Shown here in pieces: positions 36,079 through 48,000 of a stretch of 51,924 nt of DNA (its first letter is position 1; the number at the start of each line of letters is the position of its first letter). Below the pieces are notes generated by a model. That model saw only the letters and a list, made by a program, of their open reading frames with translations. It did not search any database and was not told the DNA's origin. Made by a program: the position numbers and the translations under genes. Where the stretch lies: positions 1,147,319-1,199,242 of the forward strand of contig NW_008246068.1 in assembly GCF_000281045.1 (NCBI RefSeq), given 5' to 3'. This stretch comes from Saprolegnia diclina VS20. Taxonomy: Eukaryota.

Positions 36079-37504
36079 TTAGTGGGCGGGCGACGTTACG
36101 ACGAGCGACTGGAGGCGCTGAATGGCACTCTGAAGCGTCGACGTCTCCTTGCAGTACGCGAAGCGCACGTAGTTGTGTCCGAGCGCCTTGTGCTTCTCGC
36201 AGTAGAAGGCGCTGACGGGAATCGCCGTCACGCGCTTCTCAATCGTGAGGTACCGGCAAAACGCATAGTCGCGCGACCCGTTTTCCAGGTACTTCGCCGG
36301 AATCTCGACGTTGGCAATGTTGACGAGAAGGAAGGCGCCGCCGTCAGCGACAACGACGTCGAGCCCGAGGGCTTGAAAGGCGGCGATGAGGAGGTCCCGC
36401 CCCGCTTGGTGGCGCGCAGCAACGCTTACAAAGTACGAGTCGTGCGACTGAAATGGCTCGTCGGCCTGCTCGAGCATGGCCGCCACCGCCTCCTGAAGCG
36501 GTGTCGCAACGCTGTCATACGACTCTGAGATGCAAGAGCTATTGCGATCGTACAGTACCTGAATTGGATCCAGTTGTTGGCAAGATGGATGCGCTGGACG
36601 AGCGCCGGGGGCCCGACAGCCCACCCAATTTTCCAGCCCGTCACGGAGAAGGTTTTGCCCGCGGATGAGATGGTGATGCAACGCTCGTACATCCCCGGGA
36701 GGTTGGCGAACCGAGGGTAGGGCACAAAGGCCATGTGCTCGTACACGTCGTCGCAGAGCACGACGACCCGGGGATACCTAATTGAAACTTTTTGTGAGCA
36801 GCGAGGGATGACATGGAGCCTGTACCGGGCAACAATGACCGCAAGGCGCGCAAGCTCGGCCTCGGTAAAGACCTTGCCCGTCGGGTTGTGTGGGCTGTTG
36901 ATGATCAAGACCTGGCACAGTTGGCTGCGTCAAGAGTGCGCGGTTGCATGAGTAGTATGTACCCGTGTATGGGCAGAGAATGCGGCCTCGACTGCGTCGC
37001 CGTCCAGGTAAAACTGCGCCGCGTCACAGCGCAGTGGCACAAACTTGCAGCGCCCGCCGGCCATTTGGACTTGGGCCGCGTAGATGTCAAAGGCCGGCTC
37101 GAGCACGACCACTTCGTCGTCTGGCGACGAAAGTAAGCCCATGAGGGCGCTGTACATGACTTCGGTGGCGCCGACCCCGATCGCAATGTCGGTCGTCGCC
37201 TCGATTGGTCGGTGCAGCTGCTTGGAGTACCTCGCAGCGAGAGCTCGGACGAGACGCAAGTGGCCTTGCGGGCGCGCGTACTGGTTAAAGTCCATGTCGA
37301 TCGCATGGCGAGCGTGGGCCTTGAACATGGCCTCCATGGGCCAGTCGGGAAAGCCTACGACGACGACCTTAATTATCATCCTTCGTGGCATGGCTCGGGG
37401 CCGCAGCTACCTTGGCCGAGGTTGATAGAGCCATGTTGCAGCGCAAGCGGCGTGAACTCGTGCCACACCGTGGGCTGGTCGAAGCCGTGCAGTCGATCCG
37501 CCAT
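36079..37504 (-). CDS. Class I/II aminotransferase (kynurenine aminotransferase / glutamine transaminase K-like)
   Basis: INLGQ|GFPDW, NQYARPQGH, GATE, INSPHNPTGKVF, DDVYEHM, the PLP motif SAGKTFSVTGWKIGW and VRFAYCK. Four short introns. The start could extend upstream. Confidence 0.93.
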
Positions 37505-37802
37505 GCTGCGCTCCGGGCCGAACACGCCTGAACGAAAAACGACCAACACTCTAGTTGAAGCTCGTGTCGTTGCATTAAATTAAAATAAATTAAAACAAAC
37601 ACTGAAAAAAACGATGGGTCAAATGGGTTAAACATACCATGGGTGCCGCATGTGACGTTAAAGCTGCGCGGGAAGATCCAGCCTCCATCTGCCTCGACGA
37701 CACGACAACGTCGTCCATTGACAAGGTATACGCATTAATATTTATGTATTTGTTGTGGTGGTACAAATGGGGTTCATAGTCGTAAGAGCACAGAGAAGGG
37801 GT

Positions 37803-39169
37803 TTACGGCGACACGGGCTGGGCCGTGTCCGAGCCCGACGAGCCCGACGCGCTCTTCTTGGCCTTCTTCCGCTTCTGCGCCCGGCGACGGTTCCGGCGCT
37901 TCTTCTGGTCTTCGCTCAGCGCCTTCGTGGTCGCATACGTCTCGTCGTCGTCGGTCGTGCTGACGTCAATACTGTGGAAGGTCGGTCGTGCCTTGGTCAC
38001 GAGAGCCGGGGACAAAATTTGGTCGGGTGTCACAATCTCGACACGGGCAATCTTCTGGCCATCGACCTGGATGGGCGCGACGGCTACCTGGACAGGCGCA
38101 ACGGCCACCTCGGGGGCAGGGACAACGGTTTCAACAGAGGCAGGCACTTCAACGACGGCAGGGATCTCAACGGCAGCAGGAGCTTCAACAGCAACGGGGG
38201 CTTCGGTGACGACGACGGGGGCTTCGGTGACGACGACGGGGGCTTCGGTGACGACGGGGGCTTTGGTGACGACGGGGGCTTCGGTGACGACGGGGGCTTC
38301 AATTGCGACGGGGGTATCATCAATGGGCGTCGCGACAACCTCGGCTGTAGCGGTAACATCCGTGACGGGGACCGGCTCTTGAACAACGGGTGCCGTTACG
38401 GGCTCGGCGACTTCGACAGCTGCCGGCGTCTCGGTGACGACAGTCGAGATGGCTTCCGCTTCGATTTTCTGGGCCTTCTTGGCTTCAAAGTTGAGGCAGA
38501 TCTTGGAGATCATGTTGACGGCCGCTTCCGCCGACTGCACGGCCGCGACACCGTCCACAGTCGCATCATCTTCCTTGACGGGGTCAACGGCGTCTTCTTC
38601 GTCGTTCTTGTTGTTGTTGGCGTCGACAGGCACGTCGTCGTCGTGCGTGTCTTGGTTGCTGCTGACCTCATCGATCGCATCTTCCTCCTCTTCCTCTTCT
38701 TCGGGATTGGCCACGACCGCCGACTTCTTTTCCTCTTCTTCGTGGGCCGTCACGTGCTTGGCGATGTGGAGGAGACCATCGAGGAGCTGCTCGCCCTTCT
38801 CGGAGAGCGTCAACGGCGCCAACTGCGTCATGAACGCATCCAGTTGCGACTTGCGCTTGTCGCTCGACGGCGCAAAGAACGACTTGGGCGGGAACGGAAG
38901 GCCCGCGACCGCCTTGTCCGACTTGGAAACCTAAGCATATCAATGAATATCGACTTGGACGGGATCGAAGCTGGTTCGTACCTGCGTGTAGAACTCGTGG
39001 TAGCGGCTATAGCGGATCGGCACGGTCCAGTGGGCGCCCGACGGGTGCTGCACACGGGTGGTGTACACCTAGTCGAGCATGAGCGACAAGGATCACAGCA
39101 CGCTTCATGTACCATGAATTTGGAGCCCTTTTCTTGCGCTTCCCGGAAGCCGGTGACCTGGAACTGCAT
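37803..39169 (-). CDS. PX-domain protein with acidic/EAPVVT-repeat linker and basic C-terminus
   Basis: Introns 39069-39112 and 38931-38981 give SKFM|VYTTRV...IRYSRYHEFYTQ|VSK...LPFPPKSFF...KRKSQLDAFM, which carries the PX RY and PxP-K motifs. Confidence 0.82.
38194..38300 (-). repeat. Coding minisatellite, 18/21-bp units encoding (T)EAPVV(V)
   Basis: Plus strand acgggggcttcggtgacg(acg) is repeated about five times. Confidence 0.9.
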
Positions 39170-40117
39170 GCTCTTGCTGAATCGACCTATTCGCATGCAT
39201 GAGCCGCTGGTGCGCTGCTCGATGCCCGTACCGCTTGCGTACGAGGCGCTAAAATCGAAATTGAGCGCATCCAAAAGCCCGCGATTTCTCACACATGGGC
39301 GCGGAAAGCTCGAATTTCGATGAAATTTATTTTCCAACAATCAATGTTGCCTACAATGATTAAGATATGTTCATTCAATTTTAAAGCCGGTCGGTTGGAA
39401 CGATCTGGTCGGAGAATAAAATACCAGTGATATTATTAATTTGCAAGTCGACCACGTGGATCCAAATCTGCATGTCGCAAGCGCATTGGCCATTTGTATG
39501 GAGGCTGTGCGGTGATCGACACCGTGATGCTTTCTGGCGCCAGCGCCCAGCCGGTTACGACACGACACACCGCGGTGGCTGCATTTTGTCGCGCCCGCAT
39601 TGCTACCTCCAGCCGCATTCGATGCAGCGAGCGTGACGAGCTTGGTGCGAGCTCGTTTCTGGTTGCCTGGACGAGAAGTGGCTCGTGTTGATGGCGTTTG
39701 CTGGCGTCAAGGAGGTGGCCATGCGCGCTGTAGTAACGCTACCCAGGCTGTAATGTACACGGTACGTTGCCTGCATATCGCTCCGACTGCACTTGCTTCT
39801 ACTGTGCGCGCAAGCTGCAACGTACGGTACAGCGACGCGTGGCTTCCACGAGTGACGGCCATCTTGGCCGGCGAGATCCGAGGGCTACTGCCAAGGGACC
39901 GGACGTCGCGCGCACCCAAGTACCCACATTAGGAGGATCGCCTTGCGCGGAACCGGGCGGCAACTCCGAACGAATCGACCGAGTGAGATGGTGGATTTTG
40001 ATTTTGGGGCTTACTCCTCATCCCACGCTTCGAGAGGGCGCGCGGCTACCGTTGGCCGCGCCTGTCCGCCGTAAAGGTAGGGAATGGCGCGCTGCATAAA
40101 TACGACGTTGGGCTGGG

Positions 40118-40860
40118 CTACGCCGCGGCCTTGACCTTGGGCGAAGGCAGCAGCGCCGATGCAACCCAAAAGAGCGACTGGACGACCGTGACGAGGATCA
40201 TAACCGGCGACAGCATCACCGTGTACGTGAGTGCCACCGCGCGGACGGCGGGCGGCGACTCGACCTTGGCCTTTGCACACGTCTTGGCCTTCTTCTTCAG
40301 TGGCGTGGCCGCCGTCGGCTTGACGACCTCGACAACGACGTCGATCGAAGGTCCTTGGGCCGCGACGTCGGGCTCCCCAGGCACCACGGTGTCTTCTTCC
40401 AGCTCTGGCTCGCAGGGCTGCTCGACGATCGTGTTGGCGTCGACGTCAAGCAGGTCGTGGACGAGTCGGAGCCCGTCGTCTGAGAGGGTTGGCAGGGCGC
40501 CAGCGAGCTGCTGCATAAAGTCGTGGAGCTGGCGCATGCGCGTGGCGTTGGACGGTGTGAAGAGCACCTTTTGCGGAAACGAGAGCGCCGCCGCGTGCCG
40601 GTCCGTCTTGACGAGCTACAATAAACGGCGTCGTCTTGTGGAGTTGCTGAGTTGCGTACCTGGCCAAAAAACTCGTGGAAGCGGCTGTAGCGAAGCGGGA
40701 CGACCCATTCGCGGCCGTTGGACGCGACGGACGTCATGTACACCTACACTCTTGCTATGGCACTCTTGTCGTCCGGGGTGGGGTGTAGTACTGTAAACTT
40801 GCTGCCATCGTCGATTGTGTCTTCGTAGCGAAGGACCGCGAGCTGCGTGACGGTGGCCAT
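40118..40860 (-). CDS. PX-domain protein with C-terminal hydrophobic segment (paralog of 37803-39169)
   Basis: Introns 40744-40791 and 40616-40659 give SKFT|VYMTSV...LRYSRFHEFFGQ|LVK...LSFPQKVLF...RMRQLHDFM. C-terminus VALTYTVMLSPVMILVTVVQSLFWVASALL. Confidence 0.82.
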
Positions 40861-41359
40861 GGTGGTGCTGCTGGTTCTAGAGGCGATATGAAGGAATGGG
40901 CGCCATGTCGCTGCGATCGCCGAGCTTGAATGGCCCGTCTGACAAGCCCGACGCAGCCTCGCTTGTTTTATTGGACCGATCAAAACCAGTTACAAATCCT
41001 AGTTCACCATTTATAATTCGAGCCGGCCACCTGTTACTTCCAGGTGCACATGCGCGGCGATTGGACGGCCAGCACACAACCTCGTGTTGTGTCAACTTTT
41101 GTCGTGGTGGCTTGGCCAAGAACCGACCGAACCTCAGATCGAACTTGTGAGTGTGCGGCCGCTTCCATACGCCAGCACTGCCACTGCTAGCTAGGCGGTT
41201 CCATGCAGCGCCGCACAGCAAGTCACTTCCATGCACCCGGTCGTCCGTCTTTTGGCTCAGATACTTACTGCGGTCTCGTCTCGTGTGCCGTGCCTCGTGG
41301 TGAGAGGTGACCTGCCCTGACAGCATCCAGGAGAGACTTTGGCGAAACTGAGAAAGCCA

Positions 41360-41448
41360 AGAAAGCTTTTAGCATGCTCAGCCCTGTGTCCTTGGTGGCC
41401 AGCAGAAAGCTCTTAGCGTGCTGAGCGCTGTGTCCTTGGTGACCAGCA
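41360..41448. repeat. 44-bp tandem repeat (two full units) truncated by an assembly gap
   Basis: agaaagcttttagcatgctcagccctgtgtccttggtggccagc and agaaagctcttagcgtgctgagcgctgtgtccttggtgaccagc are identical at 39 of 44 positions. Confidence 0.88.
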
Positions 41449-41633
41449 NNNNNNNNNNNNNNNNNNNNNNNNNNNNNNNNNNNNNNNNNNNNNNNNNNNN
41501 NNNNNNNNNNNNNNNNNNNNNNNNNNNNNNNNNNNNNNNNNNNNNNNNNNNNNNNNNNNNNNNNNNNNNNNNNNNNNNNNNNNNNNNNNNNNNNNNNNNN
41601 NNNNNNNNNNNNNNNNNNNNNNNNNNNNNNNNN
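41449..41633. other. Assembly gap (185 N)
   Basis: Run of N characters. Confidence 0.99.
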
Positions 41634-41661
41634 TATTATAGAACGAAAACAGGCAACAACT

Positions 41662-43264
41662 CTAATGGCCCGACGCGTAGTGCTCGGGGTACTTGGCGAT
41701 GTGTTCGAGCATCTCCGCCTCCTGGTCCTGCAAGTGGCGCGGCTTCTCCGCATACACGTCCTCGAACATCGTGTCGAGGGCCGGGATGCCCTTGGCCTCG
41801 GCCTTGGTGAGCGCCGCAAGCACGCTCGAGCGCTCAGCGTCCTTGAGAGCCACGTCACGCTCCTCCGACCACCAGCCTTGGTCCTATACACACAGCTGTC
41901 ATGAGCTGGGATCGACAGCGCGACGCGTACAAGGAGGTAAAGCTTGAGACGGTTCATCGGGCAGTTGGTGTCCTTCCAGTGCTTGATCTCCGAGACGGCA
42001 CGGTACCGCGTCGAGTCATCCGACGTCGAGTGGTGGCCCTGGCGGTACGACATGGTCTCGAGCAGCACGGGGCGGCCCTCGCTCAGAATCATCTCGCGCG
42101 CCTTCTTGGTCGCTTCGTAGACTGCAAAGACGTCGTTGCCATCGACGCGAATGACGGGGATGCCGTAGCCGGCACCGCGCGACGCGATACCGTCGCCACG
42201 AAACTGGTCCTTGACGGGCGTGCTGATCGCGTACCCGTTGTTGCGGGCAAAGTAGAGCACGGGGCAGTCGCGCGTCGCCGCAATGTTGAGTGCTATCAAA
42301 AATGTCATGTTCAGGCACGCGATGGATGAGGATGACGCACCGGCGTGGAAGTCGCCCTCACTGGCCGCGCCTTCACCAAAGTAGCAGACTGCAATGCGAT
42401 CTTCCTTGGCGAGCTTGAAGCCGTACGCCGCACCGGCCGCCTATGTCGTTTGAGCCATGGTTGTTAACACGGTCGTGTTACCTGGGGCAGCTGCGTCGCA
42501 AGCGGCGAAGACACCGTTTGGTAGTTGAGCTCGCGCGAGCCGTAGTGCACGGGCATCTGGCGGCCCTTGCCGAGGTCGCCTTCGTTGCTGAAGAGCTGGT
42601 CGGCAAACTGGTCGAGCGTAAAGCCACGCCACATGAGAACACCGGCCTCGCGGTACTGGGCAAACACCATGTCGCCTACGCGCCGCGATGAGATAAGATG
42701 CGCTCAATAGCTTCAAGTGCGTACGGGGCTTGATGGCGGCGGCGCTGCCAAAGAGCGTGCCTTCTTCGCCAAACGCCGTCATGTAGAACGAGATACGGCC
42801 CTAGCCACGAGCGATGAGCGGATTCGCCGCAACACGCCGCACGTACCTGGCGCTGGGCGTCGTAAAAGACGTTGTCCATGCTCTACACAAGCCATGTTTG
42901 CATGAATATGAGCGAGGATGTGGACGTACGTTGAGGCGAATCATGTGCTTGTAGATCTCGACGGCGAGGTCTTCATCAATGCCTTCCGGGATCGATGCAC
43001 CCTGCACAAGCTTGCCTTGCTGGTCCAAGACGCGGTAGGCCGGGATCACGTCGGCGTCCTTCGGGTCGACGACATGAATCTTGTTGACGTAGGGAACCGT
43101 CTGGCCACCCGGGAATTCGCCTACCGTGCATGATGCGGTGGATGAGGATGACGGCAAGATGCCGCATGCAAGGCCATGCTCGTACCGTGGCCGACAGTGG
43201 CCGAGAAGAAGCGGGCGGCGCGGGCGCGGGGCGCGAGCGACTTGGTGAGCAAGCGGAGGGCCAT
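41662..43264 (-). CDS. BCKDHA: Branched-chain alpha-keto acid dehydrogenase E1 alpha subunit, mitochondrial
   Basis: Presequence [95 protein letters not shown]. About seven short introns. Confidence 0.97.
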
Positions 43265-43278
43265 TCTACGGACGTGCT

Positions 43279-43296
43279 GGGAATTCGTAAGTGAGC
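43279..43296 (-). promoter_or_regulatory. Inr/FPR-like core promoter element of BCKDHA
   Basis: Minus strand gctcacttacgaattccc ends 15 nt upstream of the ATG at 43264. Confidence 0.6.
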
Positions 43297-44105
43297 TGCG
43301 CTGGCGTGCCTCGCTGCAATCTCGTATTAAAAATGAAATCTTGTGTTTTTTAATGTGCCAAATTGCCCTTTCGACATACAAACTATAGAGAGGCAAAGGG
43401 CAATATCGTTTGAAAACCAGAATATTAATATGCGCACCACCGGTGTACCTCCTGGTACCCGCAGCACCTTTTTAGGCGACGTGGCATCCGCATAAACCTG
43501 TAGAAATACATACTAGCGCACAATGCATGGCGTCATGAAACCAAACGCAGCACAGTACAGCACGCTAAAACCTCTCAGAATACATGCTCGGAGGGCGGTC
43601 CCACTCTGACCAAGGTGTCCTTGAACTTGGGGAAAGTCCCCGAGCCCTATGAGACAGAAGGCACGCAGATGGTTGCCGATCCCAGGCCGTGGCTTGCTGG
43701 CGGCAAACGCAGCAGGAACGGTGCCGTCGATGCTTGCGGATAGAGTAATCCAGTGCCGAGTCGGCTACCGTGCCCTTTTGTCAACGGACAACACAAGGGA
43801 ATGGCGCACTTTGGCTGCTGGCATGCAGCAGGAGTGTCGAACGTTGACCGCTGCCCATCTGCGGAGCTGACTGGCGCACCTAGAGTCGTGGGTTGGGTCA
43901 TCGCGTGGCGATGACTCATGAGATTTTTGAAAGGGTGCGTGAATGGTAAATACCAAGTCCGAGCGCAGCTACGCCAGTCTGGACGTCATGGGGCGGTTCG
44001 TACCGTGGATTGATCAAGTGCCACGGTCATTGCATGCGACGGCGCGCCTTTTTACTGCATTTGTTTTCGATATTTGCGACTTCACGCCTGCTAACTCTGC
44101 TAACC

Positions 44106-44157
44106 AACCATCGGCGTGTACTACACGCCTGCAAACCATCGGCATGCAGTACACGCC
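44106..44157. repeat. Two 24-bp palindromic direct repeats with 28-bp period
   Basis: aaccatcggcgtgtactacacgcc (44106-44129) and aaccatcggcatgcagtacacgcc (44134-44157). Confidence 0.8.
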
Positions 44158-45057
44158 ACTGCCACGGGAGAGGCTGAGAGTGCATCGTGGGTGGTGTCGA
44201 TGTTTGTTTTACTTGCAGAACACGTCCGAGTTCTCCGGAATCATTGCGACGCCACAAAACAATATCCTTCCTGAATGAACAGACATCCATCGCAGAGCGC
44301 CACGGCCGCCATAATATTGTCGAGTCATTCTCATGCTGTGTCATTGCCATGTCTCCCTTGGTATACTGTCATGTTGAAAAGTTTGTCGTGCCGAGCACAG
44401 CTTCGTTCGGGGGTTAGGGCCTCGATTGCATCGTCCTGCGTTGTGTGGAATGAGATATATGTGAGCCATCTCACTCAACACCAGATATCTTCCTCGCGCC
44501 AGCACACAACACCAAGCCGCCCAACGTTTTTGAGCGCAACACGAGTGCATCATCAGCTGAGCTTCGGCTTTGGCAGGGAGCTCGAAGCAGCTCCCATTAT
44601 GAGCAAAAGTTACGAACGACCAAGGTTGTGTGCCATGAAAGGCAATCACTGCAGCTGCCGTCGTCGTTGGTCAAGATGCTACCCGTGGTCGACGGCAAAC
44701 TAGATACACCGGTGGAGCGACGAGCACGTTGGCGCAAATTTCGCGCCTTTTGGTTCTCGAGCCAAATCCTAAATGGACCCCACCAAACCTGATTTATCCA
44801 AAAATAGGCTTTCAGTCCTAAACGGCTTTATTGAATCGAGGGGTGCCCCCAGGGGTACCCCCATGTTCTCTTGGTACCACTGTTTAAAAAAGAGTGCTGC
44901 CTAAGTTAAACAGAGGCTATTTTTTATATTTCTTCAATGTTAAAAGTGGTACCCGTACCTTTTTATTGTTTTTGCCCTACCAGGGGTCTACCCTTCCCCC
45001 GCCGTTTGGAAACGCGAGTGGTCCACACAGCAAGCAGCAGGAAGCCGCCCGCCCACC

Positions 45058-48000
45058 ATGTCGTCCGACGAAGAAGATATGCACTCGGAAGAGGAGGAAG
45101 ACGAGGAGAACGTCGACCTCTCCGAGGAAGAGGAGGAAGAGGAAGAAGCGCCCTCGAAGAAGCGCAAGGGGAAGGCCGCCGACTCGAAGAAGAAGAAGGC
45201 CAAGAAGCCCAAGTACATGAAGTTCATCGACGACATTGCCGACGAAGCCTCCGGTGACGAGAGCGAGGAAGATGGGTACGACGAAGGCTACCCGGACGAG
45301 CGCCGCTTGGCGGAGCAGGAGGGCGAGGACCTCGGCGACGAGAGCCGCCACCAGTACCAGTCGCACCGCAACCGCGCTGCGTTCAACGAAGACAACCTCT
45401 CGGCCGAGGACTACATTGAGGGCCTCAAGAAGCGCCACAAGCAGAGCCGCCGCACGAACGACGATGGCGACGTCGAGTCGGAGGAGATCATGCAGTCGGC
45501 CGTGGCGCAGCAGTCGCTTCTGCCGTCGATCCAGGACCCGCGCCTCTGGGTCTTCAAGTGCAAGGTACGCTCCATGGACTGTCTGCGAATACTCACGAGG
45601 GTTTGCATGTAGCCGGGCCGCGAACAGCACTTGGTTCTCTCGCTCATGAACAAGTTCCTCGAGTTTGAGAAACGGGGCGAATCGCTCAACATCAAGTCGG
45701 TCATTGCGTCCAACTCGAAGGGCTTCATCTACGTCGAGTCGGACCGCGAGCCGTTCGCCAAGGAGGCCGTGAACGGTCTTCGTGACATCCAGTCGTGGTC
45801 CATGAAGCTCGTGCCGATCCACGAAATGACGTCGGTCCTGACCATCCAGAAGAAGAAGACGCCGGTCGTTGCGGGCGTCTGGGCGCGCTTCAAGCGCGCG
45901 GGCCTCTACAAGGGCGACCTGTGCAAAGTCATTGAAATCGTCGACAATGGCCTTCGCGTACGGTGCATATGCAAGCCTTCCGGTCACTAATGCATGTGGC
46001 TGTAGGCGATCGTCAAGCACGTGCCCCGTCTCGACTCGTCGGTCTTGAACGGTGGCGAGCCGACCAAGTTCAAGAAGGGCCAGCGCCCGGCGCTCAAGCT
46101 CTTTGCGCCCGGCGCGGTGCACTCGTCGGACGTGAGCCGCAAGCGCCACCCGCTCACGAGTACATACATCGTCCTATGCAGCCAAGTCATCTCATGCGCC
46201 GTGTGTAGACGAAATGATGGACGTGTACGACAATGACTGGTTCAAGGACGGTTTTCTCTACAAGGAGGTCAACATCTCGACGATGCTCAGCGTCGACGAA
46301 GTGAACCCGACGCTTGAAGAAATCAACAAGTTTAGCGTCTCGGCCGACGGCGACTCGGACAACGAGTCGTCGCATGTCTCGAAGCTTGACCTCGGGGACG
46401 TCGACGCGTGGAAGAACAAGGTCGATCTGACCAAGGGTGACACGGTGCGCGTCATCGAAGGCGATTTGATCAACCTCATGGGTGTGGTCGTTGGTACCAA
46501 CTCGGGCAACGACACGGTCCGCGTGATGCCGCTTCACGAAGAGATCAAGGACACGATCCTCGACTTTCAGCTCAAGCAGCTCATGAAGATCGTCAAGGTA
46601 GATATCGACGCGTCTCGGAATAGCTCATGACGCCCATGATACTAGATTGGCGCGCACATCAAGGTCGTTTCGGGGCGCTACTCGGGCGAGACGGGTACCG
46701 TCGTGAGCATCGACGAGTCCATGGGTGCCCCCGTCGCCATCATCTTGGTCGACACGCAAGCCAAGGAAATCCAAGTCCGCGTTCGCGACATCCAAGAGTC
46801 GGCTGAAGTTTCGCAAGGCCTCGACTCTCTCAAGGGCAAGGAGCTCTACGACCTCGTGGCGGTACACAATGCATACCTCTAAGAGTCGTTATAACATCGG
46901 CGAATAGCTGCCGCACGGTGAAGTCGGTGTGATCACGCACGTCGGTCGTGACGGGTTTACGGTTCTGGGCCAGAACGGTCAGCCCAAGTCAATTGCGGAC
47001 CAGGAAATCCAGCGCAAGCTCTTCTCATCGCGCGTCTCGGCTCTCGACAAGAAGGGCAACCACATCTCCGTGGGCGAAATGGCGCAGGTCGTGGACGGGC
47101 CCTTTGCAGGGCAGACCGGCACAATCAAGCACATTTACCGCAGCTACATCTTCTTGCACAACAACCGTGTGGTACGCTCTCTCTGCGTTTTACCAGCTTG
47201 TTGACCTTGATATCTAGACGTCGAACGCTGGCATCTTTTTGGTGCGCAACCGTCAGATTGAAATTGCCGGCGACAAGGTCAAGTCGTACGCGATGGGTGC
47301 GTCGAGTTTTGGTGGCCCCAGTGGCGGTGGTCGCGGCGACATGTTTGGCGGTCGCGGCGGCCGTGGTGGTCGTGGCGATTTTGGCGGTCGCGGCGGTCGT
47401 GGCGGCCGCGGCGGCGCGTCGTCGGACCTTGTCGGCAAGACGGTCAAGATCAAGCGTGGCCAATGGAAGGGCTACATTGGTATGGTCGCCGACGAAACCG
47501 AGGGCACGGTCAAGGTCGAAATTCACTGCAAGTCCAAGTGCGTCGAGATCGAAAAGAAGTTTGTCAACTTGGCCGGCGATCGCATGGGCGTGCACGTCGA
47601 CAGCCGCCAGGGTGGTATGTCGACATCGTCGAACAGCTTTACGCCCATGGTCTCGGCCACGCCGCTGCACCACGGCATGACGCCGATGGCCACACCGCTG
47701 CACCAGCCGCGCACGCCGTCGCGGAGCTCGTACAGCTCGGGCGGTCGCACGCCGCGCGATGCGTGGTCGACGCAAAACGACGACGCGCTCCTCGAGTCCC
47801 ACATGCCGCACGAGAAGGACATTACACACGGTATGCCGCCGTCATTTGATTGTTTGCCACTCAATTGGCATAATGTTGTAGCGTCGAGCTTTGGCACGCC
47901 GTTGGAGCCGGCCGTGTCGTCCGACTTGGGCGTTGCACCCACGTATCGCCCGTCCTCGTATGTAGCCACGCCGGGCAACAACAACAACGACATGCACAGC

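Noticed and set aside
39427..40099. Short plus-strand ORFs between the PX paralogs
   Set aside because: Fragmented across frames and unrecognisable. A decayed gene is possible but unsupported.
41360..41448. CRISPR-like interpretation of the 44-bp or 28-bp-period repeats
   Set aside because: The repeats are directly tandem with no unique spacers, there are no cas genes and the context is eukaryotic.
41265..42308. 347-aa ORF spanning the N gap
   Set aside because: Artefact of reading through a BCKDHA intron and the N run.
4829..43264. Apparent clustering of mitochondrial genes (uL3m, SDH2, BCKDHA) or of ciliary genes as a functional cluster
   Set aside because: They are interspersed with unrelated genes. 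This is compatible with chance in a gene-dense housekeeping region unless synteny or co-expression data show otherwise.
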